64,000 bases of DNA from an uncultured delta proteobacterium (GTDB taxonomy: Bacteria; Myxococcota_A; UBA9160; UBA4427), in contig CAVORA010000029.1 of the NCBI GenBank assembly GCA_963698485.1, positions 403,778 through 467,777 on the forward strand, given 5' to 3'. Positions 46,107-56,970 of this stretch are shown piece after piece. The position numbers were made by a program, and so were the translations under genes. Position 1 is the stretch's first letter. Each line of letters begins with the position of its first letter. The notes beneath the pieces are model-generated. The model saw nothing but the letters and a program-made list of their open reading frames with translations, did no database searches and had not been told where the DNA came from.

Positions 46107-46901
46107 TTGGAGAGCATGGCGCAACCGGACGTGCATCCCGAGATCGATCTCGATCGAGTCCCGCGTCACGTGGCCATCATCATGGATGGCAACGGGCGCT
46201 GGGCCGTCGAGCGGGGCCTCGAACGGAATGCCGGCCATCGCGAGGGCATCGAGAGCGTGCGCGAGATCATCCGCGCATGTCGCGACTATGGCGTCGAGGT
46301 CCTGACGCTCTACGCCTTCTCGCTCGAGAACTGGAATCGTCCGAAGGGCGAGGTCTCCGAGCTGATGCGTCTGCTCGAGGAGTATCTCGAGACGGAGCTC
46401 GCCGAGGTGATGGAGAACGGCGCCCGCGTCCGGTCGATTGGACGACTCGACCGGCTGCCGCCCAGTACGCGCCGAGCCGTCGAGAACGCGGTGCGGGAGA
46501 CGGCCGACAACGAGGGCATGCAGCTGATCTTCGCGCTCTCGTATGGAGGGCGCGCGGAGATCGTGGACGCGGCGCGGCGGATCGGCCGCGACGCGGAGCT
46601 CGGCAAGATCGATCCGGAAGGTCTGGATGAGAAGACCTTCGCTTCCTACCTCTACGCCTCGGACGTGCCCGATCCGGATCTGCTGATCCGAACCGGAGCA
46701 GAGCGGCGCATCTCGAACTTCCTGCTCTGGCAGATCGCCTACGCAGAGCTGCACATGAGTCGATGCATGTGGCCGGAGTTCCGGCGCCGGGAGTTCGAGG
46801 CCGCTCTTCTCGACTACCAGAGTCGCGAGCGACGGTTCGGACGCACGAGCGCTCAGGTGCAGCACGGCGAGGGCGACGACGGCGAGTCGGCGGCGCAATG
46901 A
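46107..46901 (+). CDS. uppS: Undecaprenyl (isoprenyl) diphosphate synthase
   Basis: HVAIIMDGNGRWA, AFSLENWNRP and LLIRTGAERRISNFLLWQIAYAEL. TTG 46107 has GGAGG 11 nt upstream. An alternative ATG lies at 46116. Confidence 0.92.
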   Translation: MESMAQPDVHPEIDLDRVPRHVAIIMDGNGRWAVERGLERNAGHREGIESVREIIRACRDYGVEVLTLYAFSLENWNRPKGEVSELMRLLEEYLETELAEVMENGARVRSIGRLDRLPPSTRRAVENAVRETADNEGMQLIFALSYGGRAEIVDAARRIGRDAELGKIDPEGLDEKTFASYLYASDVPDPDLLIRTGAERRISNFLLWQIAYAELHMSRCMWPEFRRREFEAALLDYQSRERRFGRTSAQVQHGEGDDGESAAQ

Positions 46902-48092
46902 AGCGGCTGGCGATCCTGGGCAGCACGGGCAGCATCGGCGAGCAGACCCTCGACGTGGTCGCGAAGCACCCCGCTCGCTTCGACGTGGTCTCGCTGGCCG
47001 CGGGCCGCCGCGTCGAGCGACTGATCGAGCAGACCCGCTCGTTCCGACCGCGTGTCGTATCCGTGGCGGACCCCGCGGAGGTCCCGACGATTCGCGACGC
47101 GCTGGCGACCAGCGAGCTCGCCGGCACGGTCGAAGTGGTGTCCGGCGAAGCCGGGCTCGACCGGGTGGCGACCGAGCCCGCGGACCTGGTGGTCGCCGGG
47201 CTGGTCGGGGCGATCGGGCTGAGGCCCGTGCTGGCGGCGATTCGCGCGGGGCGAGCGATCGGGCTCGCCAACAAGGAGGTCATGGTGATGGCCGGCGCGC
47301 TGGTTCGCCGCGAGGCGCGGGCAGCGGGCGTCGAGATCATCCCGATCGACTCGGAGCACAGCGCGATCTTCCAGTGTCTGGTCGGCAGCCGGCCGAGCGA
47401 GGTCGCGCGACTGATCCTGACCTGCTCGGGCGGACCCTTCCGGACCTGGTCGCGCGAGCGCATCGAATCGGCCCGGGTCGAGGAGGCGCTGGCGCATCCC
47501 GAACTGGTCGATGGGCGACAAGATCTCGATCGACTCGGCCACGCTCATGAACAAGGGGCTCGAGGTCATCGAGGCCCGCTGGCTCTTCGACGTCGAGGCG
47601 GAGCGGGTGGACGTCGTCGTGCATCCGCAGTCGATCGTGCACTCGCTGGTCGAGTACTGCGATCGCTCGGTGCTCGCACAGCTCGGACTGCCCGACATGC
47701 GCGTGCCGATCGCCGTCGCCCTCGCACATCCCGAGCGCGTCGAGCTCGAGGTTCCGCGTCTCGATCTGGTCGAGCTCTCGCGCCTCGACTTCGAGGCACC
47801 GGATCGCGCGCGCTTCCCGTGTCTCGACCTCGCCTACCGGGCGGTTGCGGGCAGCGAGGCCGCACCCGCCGTCCTGAATGCGGCCAACGAGGTGGCGGTC
47901 GAGGCCTTTCTCGCGCGGCAGATCGCGTTTCCCGAGATCGCCGCGCTGAACGATGCCGTGCTCGCGGCGCATCTCGCGGACCACTCGGGTCAGCGCGTCG
48001 ATCGGCTGGACGCCGTCGTGGCTGCGGATGCCTGGGCGCGCGGCGCGGCGAGCGAGTGGCTGGCCAAGCGCGAGCCGGGCGCGCGGAGCTGA
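46898..48092 (+). pseudogene. dxr: 1-deoxy-D-xylulose 5-phosphate reductoisomerase, single frameshift as assembled
   Basis: The ATG at 46898 overlaps the uppS stop (ATGA). MKRLAILGSTGSIGEQTLDV...[10 protein letters not shown] lies in one frame. After about 47501 the conserved [31 protein letters not shown] continues in the frame of ORF 47511-48092. The text reads catccc-g-aactggtcgatggg where HPNWSMG needs catcccaactgg. Confidence 0.9.
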
Positions 48093-49900
48093 TGGCGATG
48101 TTCGACGCCTTCGACACCCTCGTTGCGGTGATCCCGCTGCTGGGAATCCTGATCGTCGTGCACGAGCTCGGGCATTTCCTGGTCGCCAAGGCCTGCGGCG
48201 TGCGGGTGCTCAAGTTCTCGATCGGCTTCGGCGCGCCGATCGGCTTCGGCAAGCTCCGCATGCGCTGGGAGCGGGGCGGCACCGAATACGTGATCGGCTG
48301 GATTCCGCTCGGCGGCTTCGTGCGCATGCTCGGCGAGCCGATGCCCGGAGACGAGGAGTCGATGCCGCCTGTGCCCGACGACGCCCGGCCCGAGGAGTTC
48401 CTCGAGTCGAAGCCGGTCTGGCAGAAGCTGGCCGTCGTCTTCGCGGGGCCGGCGATGAATCTGCTGCTGCCCGTCGTGTGCTTCGTCGGGATCCTGTGGT
48501 TCGGATTGCCACGTCCGGATGCGGTGATCGGGATGGTCGAGGCGAACTCGCCGGCCGCGATCGCGGGCCTGCAGCCGGGCGACCGGATCGAATCGATCGA
48601 CGGCGAGCCGGTCGAGTTCTGGGACGACGTGATCCTGCCGATTCGAGAGCGCGGGGCGGGCGACCGGATTCGCTTCGAGGTCTCACGGGCGGGCGAGCCG
48701 AGGCAAGTCGACGTCGAGCTCGGGACGCAGAAGATGCGGGATCGCTTCGGTGCGTTCGTCGACACAGGATGGATCGGGCTCGGCTTCAACCGCCTCGAGG
48801 CGCGCGTCGGTGTGCCCCAGGCGGAGAGCGTGGCCGCGCAGGCCGGCCTGCGTTCCGGGGATCGAGTCATTGCGGTGGACGATCGCGCGATCGAGGACTG
48901 GGTCGGGCTCGTCGCCGCGCACGCCGAGGCCGCGCGCGCGGCACGGGCACGCGGGGCGGAGTCCGTGACGTGGCGCGTCGAGAGAGCGCTTGCGACGGAC
49001 GAGCCACCGAACGAAGCACGGCCGTCGGCTGCGGCCGAGCAGGCAGCGGGGCCCGCCGGCAAGGACGAGGCGCGCGCAGCGAAGGTCGAAGCGCTGAGCG
49101 TGGCGGTGCCGGCGATCGAGGATCTCGACCGACTCGGGCTGCGGCCCGCCACGATCCTGGTGGCGATGGTGACGGAGGGCAAGCCGGCGGCGCTGGCGGG
49201 GCTCCAGAAGGACGATCTGATTCTCGCGGTCGACGGCCAGCCGGTCGGGAGCTTCGAGAGCTTCGTTTCGCTGGTGCAGACCAGCGCCGGTCGTGAGCTC
49301 GAGATCCGCTACTCGCGCGACGGCCAGCTTCAGACGACCCGCTTGCGGGCGCGCGAAGAGACGGTCTCCGGCCCCTACGACATCGAAGGCATGGAGGAGT
49401 CGGTCTACCGGATCGGCCTGGCGCCCCAGGTCTCCTGGCTACCCGGCGCCCGAACCTTCCAGCGCGTCCGAAATCCGATCGAGTCGCTGCCGCGCGCCGC
49501 CCTGATGACCTGGGACATGACGATCGGCTACCTCGAAGGGCTCAGTCGGGTCTTCACGGGAGACGTTGGCGCCGACAAGCTCTCCGGGCCGATCGGGATC
49601 GCCCGGATCGCCCGCAAGTCGCTCGATCGCGGCTGGCTCGAGTATCTCTGGATGATGATGCTGATCAGCATCAACCTCGGGATCCTGAACCTGCTGCCGA
49701 TTCCGGTCCTCGACGGAGGCCAGGCGGTCATCTACAGCATCGAGGGGATCAAGCGCTCGCCGCTGTCGATGCGCGCCCGCGAGATCGCCAGCTCCGTAGG
49801 CTTCGCGGTGCTCGTGCTGCTGATGGGTCGAGCCTTCTGGAACGACCTGACGCCGTTCTGGAATCGCCTGGTCAGCTGGCTCTCGAGCGGCGCGCAGTAG
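48092..49900 (+). CDS. rseP: RIP metalloprotease RseP (M50 family), long form
   Basis: The ATG at 48092 overlaps the dxr stop. HELGHFLVAKACG zinc motif. Three PDZ-like GL(Q/R)xGD segments. C-terminal LNLLPIPVLDGG. 602 aa. Confidence 0.9.
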   Translation: MAMFDAFDTLVAVIPLLGILIVVHELGHFLVAKACGVRVLKFSIGFGAPIGFGKLRMRWERGGTEYVIGWIPLGGFVRMLGEPMPGDEESMPPVPDDARPEEFLESKPVWQKLAVVFAGPAMNLLLPVVCFVGILWFGLPRPDAVIGMVEANSPAAIAGLQPGDRIESIDGEPVEFWDDVILPIRERGAGDRIRFEVSRAGEPRQVDVELGTQKMRDRFGAFVDTGWIGLGFNRLEARVGVPQAESVAAQAGLRSGDRVIAVDDRAIEDWVGLVAAHAEAARAARARGAESVTWRVERALATDEPPNEARPSAAAEQAAGPAGKDEARAAKVEALSVAVPAIEDLDRLGLRPATILVAMVTEGKPAALAGLQKDDLILAVDGQPVGSFESFVSLVQTSAGRELEIRYSRDGQLQTTRLRAREETVSGPYDIEGMEESVYRIGLAPQVSWLPGARTFQRVRNPIESLPRAALMTWDMTIGYLEGLSRVFTGDVGADKLSGPIGIARIARKSLDRGWLEYLWMMMLISINLGILNLLPIPVLDGGQAVIYSIEGIKRSPLSMRAREIASSVGFAVLVLLMGRAFWNDLTPFWNRLVSWLSSGAQ

Positions 49901-49913
49901 TCGACGAGCCAGC

Positions 49914-50675
49914 ATGACGCGCCGGCTGCTCGCCATCGAATCCGCCACCGACTGGCTCTCGATCGCCCTGCTCGAGGATCGCGAGGTGCTGCGCGCAGCG
50001 GAGGCTCGCGGCGAGCGACGGCACGCCGCCGAGCTGATGCCGCTGATCGCGCGCGAGCTGGACGCAGCCGGCTGGTCGGTCGAAGACCTCGATGCGCTGG
50101 CGGTCTCGACTGGACCGGGCTCGTTCACGAGCCTGCGGATCGGTCTGGCGACGGCGAAGGGACTCGCCTTCGGTCGCGACTGGCAGGGGGTTGCGGTGTC
50201 GACGCTCGAAGCGATGGCGGTCGCGGCCTTCGAGGAGCAGGGTCTGCCGGAAGAGGCGGTCGTGCTGACGTTGCTCGACGCGCGGCGCGGCGAGTGGTAC
50301 GCCGGCGCATGGAGGCGGCCTCGGGGCGCGGCGGAACGGCTCGAATCGGTGCTCGCCGAGGGGCTCTATGCCCCGGCGCTCCTGGCCACGGATCTCGCAG
50401 GCCCCGTGGTCGTCGCGGCGCCCGATGCCACGGACTGGCGCGCCGCCTTCGAGCCCGCCGGGCTCGTCGTCAGGGGCGTCATCGAGGGCGTGGCCGCGCG
50501 CCCGCGAGCTGCCTGGGTGGGGCGGCTGGGTGCCGCGCGCCTGGCCAGCGGTGAAGGGGTCGCGCCCGCTGATCTGGCGGCGCGCTACCTGCGCCGCGCG
50601 CAGGCGGAGGCGGTGCGACTCGGTGGACCCGTCGAGGCGGGCGAGCTGGCCAGGGTCGCGGACGGGGATGCCTGA
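49914..50675 (+). CDS. tsaB: tRNA threonylcarbamoyladenosine biosynthesis protein TsaB
   Basis: 253 aa. LLAIESATDWLSIALLEDREVL...HAAELMPLIARELDAAGWSVEDLDALAVSTGPGSFTSLRIGLATAKGLA. Confidence 0.85.
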   Translation: MTRRLLAIESATDWLSIALLEDREVLRAAEARGERRHAAELMPLIARELDAAGWSVEDLDALAVSTGPGSFTSLRIGLATAKGLAFGRDWQGVAVSTLEAMAVAAFEEQGLPEEAVVLTLLDARRGEWYAGAWRRPRGAAERLESVLAEGLYAPALLATDLAGPVVVAAPDATDWRAAFEPAGLVVRGVIEGVAARPRAAWVGRLGAARLASGEGVAPADLAARYLRRAQAEAVRLGGPVEAGELARVADGDA

Positions 50676-50938
50676 CCCGCGCGGCGAGGGCGCCTCGCGA
50701 TCGCTGGCGCCGAGCAAAAAGGTCGCGTAATCTCGCGCAGTTAGCGCCTCTTGGCATTCGCGTGTGCGGCGCCTCCGGGAGATTCCCGAGACATCTGGAA
50801 CGAGTCGCGGGCAAGCTCTGGGAGGCGGGAACGAAGCGGCGGGGGGAATCCCTTTCAAGCGGATTTCCTCGAAGCGCCGCAGCAGCGCACAGCATCACGC
50901 ATCGCGCGAGCGTGCTCGAGCCAGCCCGGGAGCGCTGA

Positions 50939-52132
<1,194 letters not shown>

Positions 52133-52240
52133 CGCGCTCGCGCGACCGCGCGCCGGTCGTCGGCCGGCGCGCGGAAGGTGCAGGCCAACGAGCGCGCAGA
52201 GCGAGAACGAAGACCGGCTCCGAGGGGAGGACGAGAAGCG

Positions 52241-53197
52241 ATGACCGAGGAGGGCGCGGAGGGCAACGGGCGTCGGCGGCGCAGGCGTCGGCGGCGCGAC
52301 GATCCGGATCGAGCGGGGTTTGCCTCGCTGCTGCCACAGCTCCTGACGACCGGGAACCTGGCCGCGGGCTTCTACGCGATCGTCCAGGCCAGCGGCGGTG
52401 AGGTCCTGATCGCGTCCTATGCGATCTTCATCGCCGCGGTCTTCGACATCCTCGACGGGCGCGCCGCGCGCATGACCGGCAATGTGAGCCGCTTCGGTGC
52501 CGAATACGATTCGATCGCCGACACCGTCTCGTTCGGTGTCGCCCCGGCGGTCCTGGCCTTCCATGCCGGCGATCTCTCGACACTCGGCTGGGCCGGTTGG
52601 GTCATGGCCTTCGTGTACACGGCCTGCGCATCCCTGCGACTGGCCCGGTTCAACGTCTCTTCGGGTCGCTTTCTCGGCCGCTTCGACGGGCTGCCGACGC
52701 CGGCGGGGGCGGGCATGGTGGTCTCCGCCGTCTGGTTCATGGGCTTCCTCGACCTGCCGGATGGCCTGGGCCTGCCCTCGATCGTGCCCGCGCTCGGCGT
52801 GACCTTTCTCGGGCTGCTGATGGTCAGCCCGATCCCCTATCACAGCTTCAAGAACCTGCGTTTCGGGCAGAGCTACTCGGCGACGGTGTTACCGGTGATC
52901 GTTTCGATCGTGCTGATCCTCGAGCCCGGGCTCAACTTCTTCCTGGTCGGGCTGCTCTACGTCGTATCCGGTCCGGTCGGTGTCGTATGGCGCTGGCGAA
53001 CCGGCCGCGAGCTGCTGCCGGCCGAGGACGCGGGCTTTCCGCTGGCCGGTCCGACGGACGCCGTCGACGCAGAGGGCTTCCCCGGACCGGATCCGCACCA
53101 GGATGCGGAGGGGGACGAAGACGTCGATCCGAAGGTGACTTCCCTGACGGATCGCAGGCCATCCGGGGCACCCCGTGGAGGCGAGACGGGACGATGA
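52241..53197 (+). CDS. pssA: CDP-diacylglycerol--serine O-phosphatidyltransferase (CDP-alcohol phosphatidyltransferase family)
   Basis: [25 protein letters not shown] matches DGx2ARx8Gx3Dx3D. Multiple TM segments. The ATG at 52241 gives 318 aa. The N-terminus contains a run of nine Arg. Confidence 0.85.
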   Translation: MTEEGAEGNGRRRRRRRRRDDPDRAGFASLLPQLLTTGNLAAGFYAIVQASGGEVLIASYAIFIAAVFDILDGRAARMTGNVSRFGAEYDSIADTVSFGVAPAVLAFHAGDLSTLGWAGWVMAFVYTACASLRLARFNVSSGRFLGRFDGLPTPAGAGMVVSAVWFMGFLDLPDGLGLPSIVPALGVTFLGLLMVSPIPYHSFKNLRFGQSYSATVLPVIVSIVLILEPGLNFFLVGLLYVVSGPVGVVWRWRTGRELLPAEDAGFPLAGPTDAVDAEGFPGPDPHQDAEGDEDVDPKVTSLTDRRPSGAPRGGETGR

Positions 53198-54747
53198 GCG
53201 ATTCCTTGATCCGGATCTTCGACACGACCCTGCGCGACGGCGAGCAGTCGCCGGGCTGCAGCATGAACCTGCAGGAGAAGCTGGCGCTGGCGCGGCAGCT
53301 CGAGCGGCTCGGCGTCGACGTCATCGAAGCGGGCTTTCCGATCGCCAGTGACGGCGACTTCGAGTCGGTGCAGGCGATCTCGAAGGAGATCGAGAAGTCG
53401 ATCGTCTGTGGCCTGGCACGAACGGGTGAGATGGATGTCGAGCGCGCCGCGCGCGCGGTCGAGTCGGCGCGCCGCCCGCGCATCCATACCTTCATCGCGA
53501 CCAGCGACATCCATCTCGAGTTCAAGCTGCGGATGAGCCGCGAGCAGGTTCTCGGCGAGGTCGATCGCGCGGTCCGACAGGCGCGCGCCAGCGTCGAAGA
53601 CGTCGAGTTCTCGGCGGAGGATGCGACCCGCTCGGATCGGGACTTCCTGGTCGAGGTCTTCTCGACGGCGGTGGCGGCCGGGGCGACCACCTTGAACGTG
53701 CCCGATACGGTGGGCTACACGACGCCCGACGAATACGTGCCCTGATCCGCTACCTGCGCGAGCGGGTCGGGAGGCCGAGGGCGCGATCTTCTCGGTGCAC
53801 TGCCATAACGATCTGGGGCTCGCCGTCGCCAACAGCCTGGCCGCGGTGCCGCGCGGGCGCGCGACAGGTCGAGTGCACGGTCAACGGCATCGGCGAGCGC
53901 GCGGGCAACTACCAGCCTCGAAGAGGTCGTCATGGCCATCAAGACCCGGAACGACCAGTTTCCGGGGCTCGATACGCGGATCAATACGAAGGAGATCTAC
54001 TCGTCCAGTCGGCTGCTGTCGTCGGTCACAGGCGTGCAGGTCCAGCCCAACAAGGCGATCGTTGGCGCCAACGCCTTCGCGCACGAGGCCGGCATCCATC
54101 AGGACGGCGTGCTCAAGGCCGCGATCACCTACGAGATCATGACCCCGGAGTCGATCGGTCGGGCTTCGAACGAGCTCGTGCTCGGCAAGCATTCCGGGCC
54201 GGCACGCGTTTCGCGATCGGCTGCAGGAGCTCGGCTTCGATATCCAGGGCGACGAGTTCGAACGGGCCTTCAAGCGCTTCAAGGACCTCGCCGACGCCAA
54301 GAAGGTCATCTACAACGAGGACCTCGAAGCGATCGTCGCCGACTCGGTCCACACCGACGGACGAGCGCTTCGGGTTCGAGTCGCTTGCGCTCGTCCTGCG
54401 GCAGCGCGAGCGCCGCCCACGCGCCGCAGGTGAGGCTCACGATCGACGGCGAGAGCGTGTTCCGCGAGGCCTCGGGCGTCGGTCCCGTCGATGCGATCTT
54501 CAAGGCGATCTCCGATCTGACCGAGACCGGCAGCGATCTGATCCAGTACCAGGTGCACGCGGTGACCGCCGGGCTCGATGCGCAGGGCGAGGTGTCGGTG
54601 ACGATCGAGGAAGACGGCCGACGGGTGATCGGCAACGGCGTCCACGAAGACGTGATGGTGGCCAGCGCGAAGGCCTACGTGCACGCCCTCAACAAGCTCG
54701 AGTGGCACAAGCAGCGTCGCGACGTCGATGCACCTCGGGGCATCTAG
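53194..54747 (+). pseudogene. leuA: 2-isopropylmalate synthase, several frameshifts as assembled
   Basis: The ATG at 53194 overlaps the pssA stop. [16 protein letters not shown]...[17 protein letters not shown] runs in one frame. The frame breaks at gtgccctgatc (~53740-53745), where one more C would restore ...V P L I R Y L. Then come [47 protein letters not shown] and the C-terminal regulatory domain (ORF 53932-54747) in other frames. Confidence 0.88.
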
Positions 54748-54762
54748 GAAGCAAGAGAAGAA

Positions 54763-55856
54763 GTGGCAGAGCGAATCGTATTGTTGCCCGGGGACGGCAT
54801 CGGACCCGAGGTGACGGAGCAGGCCCGACGCGTGCTCGTCGCGGCAGGCGGCCCAGGCGGGTCTCGACTTCGAGTTCCAGGAGGAGCTGATCGGCGGCTG
54901 CTCGATCGACGCGCACGGCACGCCGCTGCGCGACGAGGTCATCGAGGCATGTCGCGCCAGCCGCGCGATCCTGCTCGGGGCCGTCGGCGGTCCGAAGTGG
55001 GATGCTATGCCCGTCGACGTGCGGCCGGAGAAGGGTCTGCTCGGAATCCGCAAGGCGCTCGGCCTCTTCGCGAACCTGCGACCGGCCGCCGTGCTGCCCG
55101 CGCTCGTGAACGCGTCTGCGCTTCGGCCGGAGATCGTCGAGGGCGTCGACCTGCTGGTCGTGCGCGAGCTCACGGGCGGCATCTATTTCGGCGAGCCGCG
55201 CGGGCGGAGCGGCGAGCGAGGGTCGCGCAGTGCGATCAACGCGATGGTCTACGACGAGCACGAGATCGAACGCATCACGCGGGTGGCCTTCGAGCAGGCC
55301 CGGCTGCGCCGCCACCACGTGACGCACGTGCACAAGGCGAACGTGCTCGAGGTGTCGCAGCTGTGGATGGAGGTCGTCGACGAGGTCGCGGCGGATTATC
55401 CCGACGTCGAGCTCGCGCATCAGCTGGTGGATTCCTGCGCGATGTTGCTCGTCCAGGAGCCGAAGCGCTTCGACGTGATCGTGACCGGCAATCTCTTCGG
55501 CGACATCCTCTCGGACGAAGCCGCCATGATCACCGGCTCGCTCGGCATGCTGCCGTCGGCGTCGCTCGCGACCGGCGGCTTCGGACTCTTCGAGCCCGTC
55601 CACGGCTCGGCGCCGGACATCGCCGGCAAGGATCTCGCGAACCCGCTGGCGGCGATCCAGAGCGCCGCCGATGCTGCTCGAGACGACGCTTCGGCGCGAA
55701 GGATGCGGCCGGCGCGATTCGCGACCGCCGTGGCGGACGTGCTCGGAGGCGGGACATCGCAGCGGCGATCTGCTGCTGCCCGGCGAGACGCGCGAGACGG
55801 TCGGATGTCAGCGCATGGGTGAGCTCGTGCTCGAAGCTCTCGAGCGCAGGGCGTGA
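54763..55856 (+). pseudogene. leuB: 3-isopropylmalate dehydrogenase, several frameshifts as assembled
   Basis: GTG 54763: AERIVLLPGDGIGPEV. The main body lies in the frame of ORF 55007-55822 ([62 protein letters not shown]). The C-terminus lies in ORF 55671-55856 (...[12 protein letters not shown]). Confidence 0.88.
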
Positions 55857-55899
55857 GCGCACGATTCGCGACCGGGATCGTCGGAGTCGGAGCCCACTC

Positions 55900-56970
55900 A
55901 TGAGCGAGCGCGAGACGGAGCCGCAGGCCGCGCGTCATCGATCTCCTCTGCGACTGGTCGTCTTCGGCGTCACGGGGCAGCTCGGTCAGGAGCTGGTCGA
56001 TCGGCTCGACGAGAGCGACTGGCCGATCGCCGAGCTGGTGGGCGTGGCCTCGGACCGATCGGCGGGGGCCAGCTTCGATTTCCGCGGCGAGGACCTCGAT
56101 GTCACGAGCGACTGGCCCGTGCTGAAGGGACGTGACCTGGTCTTCCTCTGCACCCGAGGCATCGAGGCGCTCGAGGTCGTGCGCGAATGCCTGAAGGCGC
56201 AGGTGCCCTGCGTCGACCTGACCGGGGCGCTCTCCGGGCAGCCCGACGTACCGCTCCCGATCTCGGTCGGCGGGCCGGGTGCCGCGCCGGACGAGCTCGC
56301 GACGGCGCCGTTGATCGCTTGTCCAAGCGCCACCACGCTCGCCTGGGCCAGCCTGCTCGAGGCGATCGGAGGCGCGGCGGAGGTCACCCGCGTTGTGGGG
56401 ACCGTGCTGTCGAGCGCCTCGGCACAGGGGCATCGCGGCGTGCTCGCGCTCTCCCAGGAGTCGATCGCGCTCTTCAACCAATCGGAGTTCCCCGACCCCG
56501 GGCCAGCGGGGCAGGGCGTCGCCTTCGACGTGTTGCCGGGCGGCGGGGTCGACGCCGGTCGGGTGCGGCTCGAGCTGACTCGGCTCTTCGGCGAGCGGCT
56601 GCGGGTCGACGTCGCTGGGATCCAGGTGCCCACCTTCGTCGGTGAGGGCAGCTCGCTCAGCGTCGAGCTGGTGGGCGTGCTCGATCGGTCGGCCTTCGAG
56701 TCGCGGATCGCCGCCCAGGACGGGCTTCGAATCGTTCCGGACGGAATCGGGTCACGGGGTCTGGCGCCGGTCGCCGATGGACAGGTCGAGCCGATCGGGC
56801 CGACGCTGCGCGATGCCGCGGGAGTCGACGAGGTGCTGGTGGGGCGCATCGAGGCGGATCCTTCGGTCGAGGTCGGTCAGGGCTGGCGGGTCTGGCTGGC
56901 GAGCGATCCGCTGCGGCTGGTCGCTGATCATGCGCTGCGGGTCGCGGGGCGGCGGCTCGGGCTGGCGTGA
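55900..56970 (+). CDS. Aspartate-semialdehyde-dehydrogenase-family paralogue (USG-1-like), probably non-catalytic
   Basis: 356 aa from the ATG at 55900. Rossmann N-terminus LRLVVFGVTGQLGQELV and Asd-like architecture. The slot aligned by eye to the Asd nucleophile motif (IANPNC[ST]T) reads IACPSATT, and the VP..GH slot reads VPTFVGEG. It lies directly upstream of truA, overlapping it. Confidence 0.65.
   Translation: MSERETEPQAARHRSPLRLVVFGVTGQLGQELVDRLDESDWPIAELVGVASDRSAGASFDFRGEDLDVTSDWPVLKGRDLVFLCTRGIEALEVVRECLKAQVPCVDLTGALSGQPDVPLPISVGGPGAAPDELATAPLIACPSATTLAWASLLEAIGGAAEVTRVVGTVLSSASAQGHRGVLALSQESIALFNQSEFPDPGPAGQGVAFDVLPGGGVDAGRVRLELTRLFGERLRVDVAGIQVPTFVGEGSSLSVELVGVLDRSAFESRIAAQDGLRIVPDGIGSRGLAPVADGQVEPIGPTLRDAAGVDEVLVGRIEADPSVEVGQGWRVWLASDPLRLVADHALRVAGRRLGLA

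Noticed and set aside
46763-49900. 1045-aa ORF that looks like a giant fusion protein.
   Set aside because: It is the uppS 3' overlap frame, plus the first part of dxr, plus out-of-frame read-through after the 47501 insertion, plus rseP. These happen to share a frame with no stop. The real genes are dxr (46898-48092, repaired) and rseP (48092-49900).
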